From NCBI RefSeq assembly GCF_036588685.1, contig NC_086376.1, positions 30,628,001 to 30,692,000 on the forward strand: DNA of 64,000 bases, written 5' to 3'. This stretch comes from Mytilus trossulus (taxonomy: Eukaryota). A program made the position numbers and the translations under genes. This document shows, piece after piece, positions 52,672 to 64,000 of the stretch (position 1 is its first letter; every line of letters starts with the position of its first letter). The notes beneath the pieces are model-generated. The model searched no databases, was not told the origin of the DNA, and saw only the letters and a list, made by a program, of their open reading frames with translations.

Positions 52672-55188
52672 ATGGACATCCGATGGATAATTTATGTATT
52701 GCTATTACACGTATGCACAGCTTCTCCAGAATATTGGTCTCCGAACGTTCCAGAATGGCCGGAGGTCTACAAGGTATCAAACTAATTGTGAAAACAAGAA
52801 ATTGAAAGGGGGCTCTCAAAAAGAGGAAACTTTATTTAATTTCCCTGTTTTTATTTATCCCCATTCTTTGGAAGCTTTCATTATTTTCGTCTGCATTACC
52901 TATTCCATGATTTTTGATTTGACGCATCGAAACTTTTTTCTTTTTCTTATTTCTAGCAATATATGTTTTCCTTATTTCAGGCATGCGTACGTTTCGAGTC
53001 AACACGTGAGTTTCTGACCACTGGATGGTATGTTGATAGTCACAACGAATGGATGAGGCTAGACAGTTATGGTGTCCCTTCGGGTAATAAATCTAAAATA
53101 AAAAAGTCATATCACGCTATTTGAGTTTAAAATCTATCAAACAGAAAGGAAACATTGATATGAAAGAATATTTATTATTTTAAACTGCAGCTGCATTTGA
53201 AAAAAACTAATCGTTCATGCCATTCTTTTTATGCTTGTTACATTACTACTTTATGCTACTTATTTTGGTGTAGAGTATGGTTTAAAGGGTATTTTACTGT
53301 ATATTCATAAAAGAATTGTGATGAACAATTGGTATTCTTGTTGCGGTTAAACAATTTTTCTATCGGTTTACCGCAATTTTTTAATAACGCATACAAATTT
53401 AAAAGGTTAATCGATAACGTAAATAGCGACTAACCAGGCTAACCACTTAAAATAGCGGTTAACCAATAAAAACATAATGAATGCGTTTTGTCATGCAAAT
53501 GTGGAAAATTGGTTGCACAATCGTAGAAGAAACTTGCACAAACGCAACGCACCGACGTTGTTTCTTTTCTCAGTGATGCCATAGTTCTAAAAACATTTTT
53601 GTCTATATGTGCACTTTAAAAAAACTTTGAAATTTTCATGATTTTCAAAAGAGTTCTTTTTCGGAGAGAAACTTTATATTATTCAAGATTGTTTTCCATT
53701 TTCCATTTTCCAGAATCCAATACGACCTATCTCCTGGACACAGATGACGATTATGCCTGTGATAAACTTGGTGAACCATTGTACATGTATCTGTACCACT
53801 ACAGCCAAGGACTTCAGTTTAATATATTCCCTGCTCCAGACCCTCCATATGTCAAGTGTACAGCTATGTATGTACTGATAATGTTATAGTATACTACCAC
53901 CATATGTTCTGTATAGTAACTGAGTACATACATGTATCCATGGATGTATATCATTTAATATAATCAGACCCTAACCTTTACATAACAACGCTTGTTACAA
54001 TTTCAACTTTCCACATTATGACATATCTATAGGGAGGTTACAGTTGCTAAAACCATTTTCAAAAGTATTCAATATGCTTCCCAAAGAAATTACGCCTTTA
54101 TACATTCAAGTATTATATTCCATACATCATAAAATGTATAGTAGCTTGCACCTTGATATTCAGGTTGTTTTGTTATGTTCATTTGAATTTGTTTGTCGGT
54201 TACTTTTGAAATTAAGGCCTATACTTTATTGAAATAATCGTTTTTTCTTACGCAGAATGGTAATTGCTTCATGTGCTATTTTCCTTCAAACGCACTTTTA
54301 AAACACAGTTTAACTTAATAATTACAAACATTCTTTATTTGTTATAATGATCATAATTTGGTGGTCTTTATTAATAGGAAGATTCCAAAAATATTTCTAC
54401 CAAATCCTCTGTTACCAGGAATACAGTTTGTAAGGCAGGCACGTGATAACGTTACAACATTTGATCATTGGAAAGCAGAATACTTCCTCTTTACGTTGGA
54501 TTATTTCTTTCACACTGAGTCAGGTCTGCCGTATAAGTAAGTGATATTCTTAATATGCAAATTAAACTTTTCACGAAAACATACTTTACAATTGTAAAAA
54601 ATGTCGAGAAAATATTTTCTTACCATTGTTTTTAAATGAGCTATTAACTATATAATAGAAATGAGAATAAATCCCCACCTAAACAAACTTGAAATAATAA
54701 AACGAAAATCACACACACACACTCACAAATAAAGTCCCCAAAACAAAATAAAACAAAGAAATTAATGTCATGTACTTTATTTCTATAATCTACATTGATG
54801 TATATATGTTGGTGTTAACTATTTTTCCTTGTTATATTAATTAAGTCCATATGAACATCGCACACAAGTTGCGGGAAGTTTCACACTCTTACCTAGGAGT
54901 CTACTCACTTATTCGGAAAAAGAGGAACCTCGAATAAGGCCTTACATTTCGAGTACCCGGTCATCAATATGAATGAAGTGGCTTTTCTTTATTTCATTTA
55001 TTTCTTATGGAGATTTTTATATACACATCCAAGTCTTAATGTATCCTCCTAAAGTATACAATTTATTATTTTGCAGGATGTATGTCGAAACCGAATTGTT
55101 TGAGTTTTTGTCTATAGAAAGTGGTCCATTAGACGAATCCGTTTTTATGTTACCTCAAGGCGTCAAATGTACATGGGCAGAGACATAA
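52672..55188 (+). CDS. Ependymin-related (EPDR+/LolA-fold) secreted or lysosomal protein, 209 aa
   Basis: Exons 52672-52773, 52981-53083, 53714-53867, 54378-54536 and 55077-55188 join in frame: MDIRWIIYVLLLHVCTA|SPEYWSPNVPEWPEVYK..WYVDSHNEWMRLD..TFDHW..DYFFHTESGLPYK..FEFLSIESGPLDESVFMLPQGVKCTWAET*. The gene model is secure; the family call rests on P.WP..Y, D...R.D and DxSVFxLPxxC motifs. Confidence 0.75.
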
Positions 55189-55447
55189 TTGATATTTTTA
55201 CTATGCTGAACTACTGATATTAAAAAGGGTTAAAGATTGTCTAGTCTTATTTGTAATCATGATTTAATATATAATTTCGTACCTTACAATGTGTTTGTCA
55301 AATTTCTCTGTGGAGCATCTTTGAATACAAGCAAAGACTATATATATAAGACGCCATAGTTAGCCAGGTCTACCAGTGAACTTTACTCTACTGAAAGTAT
55401 ATCAAGAGAGCAGAACTCTTATTAGAAAATCCTATTGTCTCCTCTTA

Positions 55448-55501
55448 GACAAGAACCCGGCGCCTTTGCGTTTCGCGTCAGCGCTCTAACCGACTTAGCT
55501 A
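55448..55501 (-). mobile_element. tRNA-derived SINE head or tRNA pseudogene fragment
   Basis: Reverse complement TAGCTAAGTCGGTTAGAGCGCTGACGCGAAACGCAAAGGCGCCGGGTTCTTGTC has an A-box and a degenerate B-box; no acceptor stem. Confidence 0.5.
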
Positions 55502-56644
55502 AAGATGTACCTCCGTAACGCTTTTGTCAGCTTAAAACGGAAAAATAAACATTAACCTAATAAGTTTTACTTTTTTTCTCTTTTCTTTAGATGGACCAGA
55601 AATCCATATTTAATCTTACACCCCTTACGTATATGTACCCACTGCTTATAGTACTGTGTTATAAATATAACAGCAACCAAGATTGAATCTCAGCTAAACT
55701 CTAAAAATGACAGGACCTCACCATTATTTCTATGCAAAAGACGCCAGCTTTAACTATTTGATGCTATCTAAATTTGAAGGCCCGAAATAAAAATTTATTT
55801 GATTCAACTTGATTTTTCCTCAAGGATAGCTGTGTGCGTTTGCGTTGTTGTTAGCACATATGTTTTCAGAGGAGACGGTTGTTGGTATTAAGTGTGGTCA
55901 TGTTGTAATATCCGTTGCTGGTATTACGTGTGGTCTGTTATAATGTCCAAAATTTGCTGTTATTCCTGTTATCATCTTTATTATGAATAACTTAAATATG
56001 TGTTCCTTAAATAACGTAGCACCAGGAAATTGTATCAACTAGTATATGACGCTGTCTGTTGTGAGTCATTGTGTAGCATTTCTGACAGAAGACCTAATTA
56101 TGCAATGCAATAAGTCTTTTAGTTTTTGAATTTGACATAATTTTTACCTAGTGTTTGATCAATTACGAGAAGTGTTTCTTTAAAGCTTCCGCATATTTAA
56201 TTTTTAATTATAAAATAAGAAATGCACATTCATATCCCGAGGGGTTGAAGGCATATGAACAATGTAGTCAAAACTTAACGTGATAGAAATGTATGACTAT
56301 GATTCAGAGCAATTGAATGTAAATCCAAACTACTATATATCAATTTTATATTTGTTAATTGTCTCCTTATCCATCATCATATATTATATTTTACATGTAA
56401 AATGTTGATAAAATTTTAAGTGGTGCCTTAAATTTGATTTAATGCACAATGGGTTTTTCAACCATCAAACCTAGAATTAAGACCGATTTTCTGAAAAAAG
56501 TAACGGTCATAAAAGTAATAGCGATACCTCACAATTTTACAATTAAAATTGGATTAGAAAAATAATTACCAACAACTCAAGCTGAGAGGGGGTTGTATGG
56601 TGAGGGGTATCTTTCTATTGATAATTTGATGTATGTATGGATAT

Positions 56645-57254
56645 AGTGGTATGGGTGTCTTCCTCCATCTTGGATTGTTAAAAAACAGAGAACCAAAGGT
56701 CCAGATTTTCTATCAAATTAACAAAATTTGATGCAGGAATGCAGATATTTAATGTGAATTTTAATTTAAATGAACTAATTTATACGAATATAACTTACAA
56801 ATATTAATATTTTTGAAAATGTTGATTATTTTTGGTTGTTTTGAAAAGAAAAAATAATTGTCATTTTAAGGGGAGTTAACTCTAAAACAGTGCATTTTGT
56901 GAAGGATTCTACATGGAATTTTCCTACTTTTCCTACTTGTATTTTAGCCGTAAAAACGTACGGTTACCTTATTTTTTCTTTTTATATTCTCAAAGCATTG
57001 CCTGAAAGCTATCATTTCCTTAAGCATTTAACAATTATTATATCATTTTGTTTATTTTCATATCACAAAATGGTGTTTTTTTTTCTGTATAATCCATACA
57101 AAATGTGCCATTTTGTCACGTCCTGTAGCTTGAGAAAATGCGCGGTGACCTACCACTTTTATCATATTTTTCAACATATATCAATAGATACTACGTTTTG
57201 GCAAAGTATGAACAAATTAATTCTATCATTTTTATTTTAGACTCCCATACCACC
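56645..57254. mobile_element. Kolobok-like non-autonomous DNA transposon
   Basis: Termini (A)GTGGTATGGGTGTCT / AGACTCCCATACCACC, followed by TTAA on the right. Confidence 0.65.
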
Positions 57255-57399
57255 TTAAGACTTTTCTGTGACATAATTGAATTACTGCAATAGTGGGTTA
57301 CAGACTAACGATTAGCATCTGAAATACAAGTACTATTGATCTACTGACCTTCGTTTTATCTGTGAATTATCATTGATTAGTTGTTATAGGTTCCTAACT

Positions 57400-58100
57400 A
57401 ATGATATACTGCAGCCTTTTAGTGACTAACTACCAATCTGTGTTCTATTGATGATATACTGCAATTTGTTCCTGATATACAGCAGTCAAGTTCTGACTAA
57501 TGCCAAATTTGTGATAACTCGTTGATATACTGCAGTCAACTTCTGACTAACGCCCAATTGGTGAAATATCGTCGTTATATTGCAATCAACTTCTGACTAA
57601 CGCCCAATTTGTGAAATACCGTTGATATATTATATACTACAGTTAATTTCTAATTAAAGCCTAATTTGTAAAATATTGTTGAAATACTGAAATATGTTTC
57701 TGACTAACGACTTATCTATAAAATATCGTTGATATACTGCAGTCAACTTCTGACTAACGCCCAATTTGTGAAATATCGTTGATATACTGTAATCAACTTC
57801 TGACTTACGCCAAATAAGTGAAATGCCGTTGATATACTGCAATCAGCTTCTGACTAAAAACCAATTTGTGAAATGTCGTTGATAAACTGCAACCAACTTC
57901 TGACTAACGCCCAATATGTGAAATATCGTCGGTATACTGCAATCAACTTCTGACTAACGCCCAATTTGTGAAATATAGTTGATATATTATATACTACAGC
58001 GAATTTCTGATTAAAGCCTTATTTGTAAAATATTGTTGACATACTGAAATATGTTTCTGACTAACGACTAAATCTATGAAATATCGTTGATATGCTGCAG
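57400..58100. repeat. ~50-bp tandem repeat
   Basis: Unit GATATACTGCAATCAACTTCTGACTAACGCCCAATTTGTGAAATATCGTT, ~13 diverged copies with a ~355-bp higher-order duplication. Confidence 0.9.
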
Positions 58101-58227
58101 TAGATTTTCGTTGTTGCTAGCTTAAAGTTCATTGGCAAATTCCATATTGCACATTCAGGATGACAATTAGTTTCTTAGTACAAGTGACCTAAATTTAAAA
58201 CTTAAAAAAAGACTTTTTATACATAAA

Positions 58228-58427
58228 TGAGGGGGGGATAGGACCTTTACCTGGACTCTGGGATCGGGTGTTTTTTAGCTCGGGATTTCGGGATTACCCT
58301 TTGGGGTCCGGGAATTCTATTTTTCGAATTTCGGGACCTCGGGATTTCGTGTTTTTAAGCCCGGAATTTCGGGATTTCTTGTTTTTAAGCCCAGGATTTC
58401 GGGATCTGGACCCCTCCCCCCCCTCAT
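58228..58427 (+). mobile_element. MITE with ATGAGGGGGGG / CCCCCCCTCAT termini
   Basis: Terminal inverted repeats and internal TTTCGGGA repeats; partial copy at 30735-30855. Confidence 0.8.
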
Positions 58428-58789
58428 AAATAGATGTCTAACTGAACTATAAATCAGGAACAAGATAGGATGTATAAGATGCAGGTGAAATATATTGTTT
58501 TGGGGATATTATGTTTTTCTCGTAATTCTCGGGAAATCGTGGTACCCCAATGAAAAGGTATTGCAATGGTGGTATGAAAAATGAACCTGACAAAAAAAAC
58601 CACATATCTATTTAAGTTCTTATAAAAATAGACAAAACTAGAAAGAAAAAAAAAAATAAGTCGTATACTGAGATACATCATCCAAGAAAATGAGGTCAAG
58701 GACAGATAACCCAAACAAGAAATACATGTACACCTTGCATTCATTCCATAAAAATGAAAAGTAACCTTTTGCTTATACAATGTAGTGTA

Positions 58790-60655
58790 CAACAAACAAG
58801 ACCATGAAAACTTTATATTGACCAAAGAATCATGAAATAGTCAAGGTCTGTCAGATGAACCCTGTCAGACAGACATTACACCTTACAATCATTCAATACA
58901 CAAAATATAGTTGACCTATTGATTATTGTTTAAAAAAATCTTACCAAAACACATAAACCTAACATTGAGCAATGACCTGTGAAAATGAGGTCAAGGTCAA
59001 ATCAAACCTGCCAGACTGACATGTGCATCTTAACATATTTCCATACACCAAATATAGTTAACTTTTTATATATAAAGTATAAGAAAAACGGACAAAAACA
59101 CAACAATAGGCTGTCAGAGTGGCATCAAACAGGATTTTCATGTAGGGATAACCCTGACCAGTTGAGCAAGTATGGACACAACATGTTAGCTTAAAACAGC
59201 TCTGAATTTATATTTTGACTGAAGATTTGATACAGCATACATAGGTTTGCGACACAAAATGAATGTGGTCAAAGAACTGAAAAATTTCTGAACTGAAATG
59301 TTGAAAGGGAAATTGTTTCCATGGACCAGAAATGCAAATCTAAAATAAGGTATGATTTTATCATTAGCAAAATGTTCTCTAAAATAAGATATGATGTTTT
59401 CAAATTATAATAAAATATAATTAATAGTTCCCAGTATTTTTTATTTCATTGGTCACACATTAATATCTTACCTGCATTTTATCTATCAATGTAAACAACT
59501 TTACCTATACAATATAACCTAATGCAAAATATCCTTTAATAAAAATAGATAATTATCTAAAGCAAATGATATTTGCAAATTTTAACACCCAAACAGGATC
59601 ATGTAAAAATTTAATATTAACCCACACAACAAAAATAAAATACTAGTACCACATAACAACTATGAGAAAGGACACTGAAACGCACGTCTGGCGTATTAAA
59701 TTATAATCCTGGTATTTTTGATAACTATTAAGCAGCCAAATCAATATCTGATTTTTCCTTCCAAAATCCAATTTTAAACTGAATTTAACAACTGAACCAT
59801 GAAAATGAGTTCAAGGTCAGGTGATGTGTACAATTTACATAATTTCATACACCAAATGTAGACCTATTGCTGAAAGTATCTGAGATGTGGGCTTGACTTT
59901 GAAAACTGATGTATACATGAAATGAGGTCAAAGTCAAGTGAATACAGTCCGACAGGCATGAGGACCTGGCAAGGTATGCACATACTGAAAATAGTTATCC
60001 TATCACTTACAATAAGAGGTAATAAATTGCCTTGCCGAGGCCAGCTGGAAACGACTACAGAGGCCTATCCCAGAACAGTTGGGCAAAAATGGACACAATA
60101 TTCACGCTTGATAAAGGTCTTAAATTGGATTGTAATTAAATATTTAAAAAAAAAAAAAAATCTTTCCCTCAAGATATGGTCAAAATCTCAATTCAAATTT
60201 CCAATGGAGCTTGCAACCATAACTTTACATTTAATAATTTAAAAGCAGTGTAAGGGAGGTAATTCAAATTTACTTAAAAGTAATTGTCCATTAACCAGGA
60301 AACCCTTGGGTTTTCCCCTTTTTGCCCCTAATTCCTGAACAGTTTGAACCGTAACCCTCAAAGCCAATCATAACCATCCCATTTCAGAGGGATACATACA
60401 CTGACCCATAAAAAATTGTCTGAAAACTAGAAAAAAAGCCTTTTTGGGCCCCAAATTCCTTAACTGTTAAGACCACAACCCCTTAAATCAATCCCAACCT
60501 TCCTTTAGTGGTTATGAACCTTGTGTTTAAATTTGATAGACTTCTATTCACTTATATTTCAGCTATTGTCCAGAAACCAAGTGTCTTTGAAGGACGCTGA
60601 CGACGACGTCATGATAGCAATATACGACCGCAAAATTTTTGGGGTCATACATTTT
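58790..60655 (-). mobile_element. Patchwork of decayed HINE/satellite-bearing elements
   Basis: Recurring CCATGAAAATGAGGTCAAGGTCA units (58690, 58980, 59800, 59920, 60695) and terminal ATACGACC..GGTCATAC hairpin at ~60620-60650. Confidence 0.5.
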
Positions 60656-60825
60656 TTTTTTTAAAGAAGCTATTGAACTTATGAACTGAATATAAGGTCA
60701 AGGACAATGGACATATGACAGACGGAAACTTCATCACATTTTATGCCTGTTGACTTATTTGCAGATCTTTATTTGCTGAACATTATAAAAATAAGAATAT
60801 TTTTGGTAAAATTGCCAATGTCACA

Positions 60826-61407
60826 AAGGAGTAAGTTCGGTAAGGGCCATATTTAGCCCCAATTATAAAGTTCATAGTTTTAAGACAATAAATGTTTTAT
60901 GTTGCCTTAAAGGCATGCTAGAAAGTCAAACAGAACTGTTTTTGTCAAAGATTAATTCTAACACGTTGATTTTTACATCAAAAAAAGGTCAAGATTAGGA
61001 ATTTTGTGAAATTTGACAAAATCAGCTAGATTTCAACTAAATAAAGGACCAGGAAACATAGAGTGCAGGCGTCGACAAGCTTAAGATTCGAATAACACAT
61101 GTGAAATGTCTTCACAAACATTATTTTAAAAGATCTTTGTTGTCGACGTATGCGCTCTATGTTTCCTGTTCAATAATCTATGGAAATTTACCCATTTTCA
61201 TTGAATTTTTCGTGAAAAATCAATATGAGTACAACTTGTGACGTCATAATGAAACACAGAAACATAAAATTTTCAACAAAATGGTTTATATCTTAGCTAG
61301 TCAATGTATTAGCTATAATTTATCGTGATATTGGTCGATAAATCCGAATTTGAAACTTACGCTAAAAAAGGGGGCCATTTTAGTACCTTATTGAACATAC
61401 TCCTTTC
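60826..61407. mobile_element. Non-autonomous DNA transposon with AAAGGAGTA(A/T)GTTC termini
   Basis: Left end AAAGGAGTAAGTTCGGTAAGG..TTTAGCCCC; right end GGGGCCATTT..CCTTATTGAACATACTCCTTT. Internal inverted pair GGAAACATAGAGTGCA.GCGTCGACAA / TTGTCGACGTATGCGCTCTATGTTTCC. Confidence 0.75.
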
Positions 61408-64000
61408 TCATCTACTATTGTTTTGCAAAAAATGCCAAAAAAAGGGTTCAGCACTGAATTTCATACTGTTCAAAGACATTGTTGATATAAACCTGTAATT
61501 CAAGTTTCATATAATTCTATCAAGAAATATACGCATCTGAAGGCTAACAATGTCATTCATTGAAATTACTTATACAGTTTTTTCATATTTTTTAGGGCAA
61601 AGTATCAATTCAAAAATTATTTTTGTATCATTATTTGGGTGTTGATGTCAAAACCTTTTTAATTTATTCACTTCTTATTCTAGACTTCATAGACATGTAT
61701 TAACTTCTAGTCTAGATGTCTTTTTGTGTTGTTGGGTTGCTGTGTCAACGACATATACCCACAATCTACTTTTATTCACCAATGTATACTTATGACTTCA
61801 AAATCAATAAAGCTTTACAAATTACTGTGGACTTCTCAATATTCATTGTTTACCAATTTTCCTGAATTTTGTTGGTGTATGTAATCCACAAGTTTGAATG
61901 TCCAGCAAATTATAATTTTATAAGGGATGTATGCACAATAGCAAATCAAGGAAATCAGATATACACCAAATTATATTTTTCACAATCCACGAAAACCAGT
62001 ATCCACTAAATTAAATATAAATGAATCCAAAGTAAACAATAAAAAAAGGTAGACACATCATTGTACTGCAGCCCACCACAAGTCCTACTACTCAGAATTA
62101 ACAAACATTGATATTCCTAGAATCAATCGTCTTTCAAGGTCACGTCTGCAGCGTAGACAAGAAAAATTGAATCATAGTAAATAAAGGCAAAATTAGCTAT
62201 TTTGGGAAAATAATCAATTATTACCACACAAACAAACAAATAAACAATGTTGAATTTGACATTTAATGCAGATTAATAAGATGTTTACAATGTTTACAAT
62301 ATAATAAAACAAGCTAGAATTATACAGCAAAATTACATATGAGACAGCAAAACAGGCAAGAAATTTTTATCAAAACCCCCCATCAGCTTCAAATATGTAT
62401 GTTCTCTTTCTGATGTAAATTCTTCCTATATAAAATTCAAGATTAAGAAAACATATTTTTGTTTTTATATTTGCAGTCCACAATTGCTGCAATTTTATTT
62501 GTTGAAAAATACAACAAAAAATAAAATTATTGTAAATCTCTATACAAACTCCAGATTGTGAAGAAATGTTGACAAGGAATGGTCATAGAGACAACATGAA
62601 GTGTTTTAGCTGTAGTATAAAAATCTATAACATCATATGAAACAAAACAAAAGCTCACTCAATATTACATTGGTACTTTTGATTTGATAATATCAAGCAT
62701 CAAGATACATTATTGCAGCTTCCATTCTTATCATGGTGAGGAAACATTTCTATTACCAATGTTATTTCAACTGATCGGGCGAAGCTAGCTTTTAATTTGA
62801 ATAAGGACAGTCTATTTGAAGATGTGTGTGATAAGGATGATTGCCGTTATAATTATTACTGATTTCTAATCACCTATCAGTGTCATGAAAGGAATTCACA
62901 AAAGAATTACTGTACACTTCATTGATGAGTTTATCCTAATACACCTGTCTATAGATGGACTGGTTTATTATGAGCGAACCGGTTAAACTCTGCCCAGTCA
63001 AGTGAAATAAATTGAGTAATATCATACTGATGAAAACAATGTATATTAATTTTTCATCACATTTATCCTTGTAAGGCAAAACCACAGCAAATGTATCTGT
63101 CATATGCTTGAACTAGCATGAATTCAAGGATGCATTCATGCATGAAAACCAATATAATTTTTAAGAATCCTTAAAATATCAATACACAGAAAACAGAAGG
63201 ATAAGGAAACTGCATGCTTTTGATTTTAGCATCCATTTTTTAAATAAATATTCCACCCTAAATCAATTTGTTTTGACTATGCATGAAATATTTGCCGTGA
63301 ACAATAAAATTACTATGAATAATAGAGTAGTTCACAGAATAATCTTTAATATCAAAATCTGATTATGTCATGAAAAAGACTTCTCTTATTGAGTATTCAT
63401 AAAACATTGTCACACATATAAGCTACCTTTGATTTCCTGGTCTCTATTTGTGGTAAGCTTGAACAAAAGTACAAAATCAAATTAGGAAATGTTCGTAGCT
63501 AAAAATAGAAAAAAATCCTAAAAAAAGATGGATGTGTAACATATGATGTCAACAAGAAAGTAAGTAAATTTCCTAACTGAAAGGGGATTAACCTTTTGAT
63601 GATAGCAATACAAAAAGTACATTTTTACGTCATCTCATAATTTTGATGTAAAAACTATAAATACTTCATTGATAGATGATGGATAATTACAAGACATTTT
63701 TACTTTTTACAAAAACTAAATTTTACAACATTTCAAATATCCATTTAAAAAAAATGATTTTTGAAACTTCGAAATAATGCATGAGTATCTGACTGAATAA
63801 AAGTTTTTCTCTGAAACAGCTACCATTATCCATGCAAAAATGTCTATATAAGAAATAGGGACTGAACAAATTTGATCTTCAATTTTCTAATCTTAAAATT
63901 TACACGAGCAAAGTTCAAATCTAGAACAGAAGAATAATAAGATATGTAAGATGTATGTCAGTGATCAACAAACTAAACATACTAAAACAGGTTTGAACTA

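Noticed and set aside
55448-55501. Functional tRNA gene
   Set aside because: No acceptor stem and a degenerate T-arm; kept only as a SINE-head or pseudogene fragment.
61410-64000. Search for genes at the right end
   Set aside because: Only AT-rich intron- or UTR-like sequence and MITE remnants; no supportable exon chain.

Overview
AT-rich, intron-rich animal genomic DNA. The interspersed repeat families suggest a bivalve, probably Mytilus (inference). None of the long ORFs in the supplied track is a real gene: they are read-throughs of minisatellites. The real genes are spliced, and I reconstructed them by hand from GT-AG junctions and reading-frame phase. Left ~36.5 kb: (i) the last three exons of a KDZ (Kyakuja-Dileera-Zisupton)/HMGXB3-type transposase on +; (ii) a convergent, apparently intact ~20-exon gene on - (31158->13414, ~500 aa) with an NRF1/ewg/P3A2-like DNA-binding region, a Ulp1/C48 SUMO-protease domain and a C-terminal PHD finger; (iii) three 3-4.4 kb minisatellite arrays, all with a 33-bp period and a shared core; (iv) a block of palindromic subterminal-type repeats ending at ~36558, where a FAMeT-domain exon begins with no frame-compatible 5' end. 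I infer this is the right-hand >36 kb of one giant multi-gene KDZ/Zisupton-type DNA transposon inserted into a host gene. Right part: the FAMeT+PAN/Apple gene remainder, a 76-bp tandem array, decayed Penelope-like and LINE retroelements, a beta-microseminoprotein-like gene (-), an ependymin-related gene (+), and many SINEs, MITEs and HINEs. Coordinates were counted manually and may be off by a few bases. Family assignments come from remembered motifs, not from searches.
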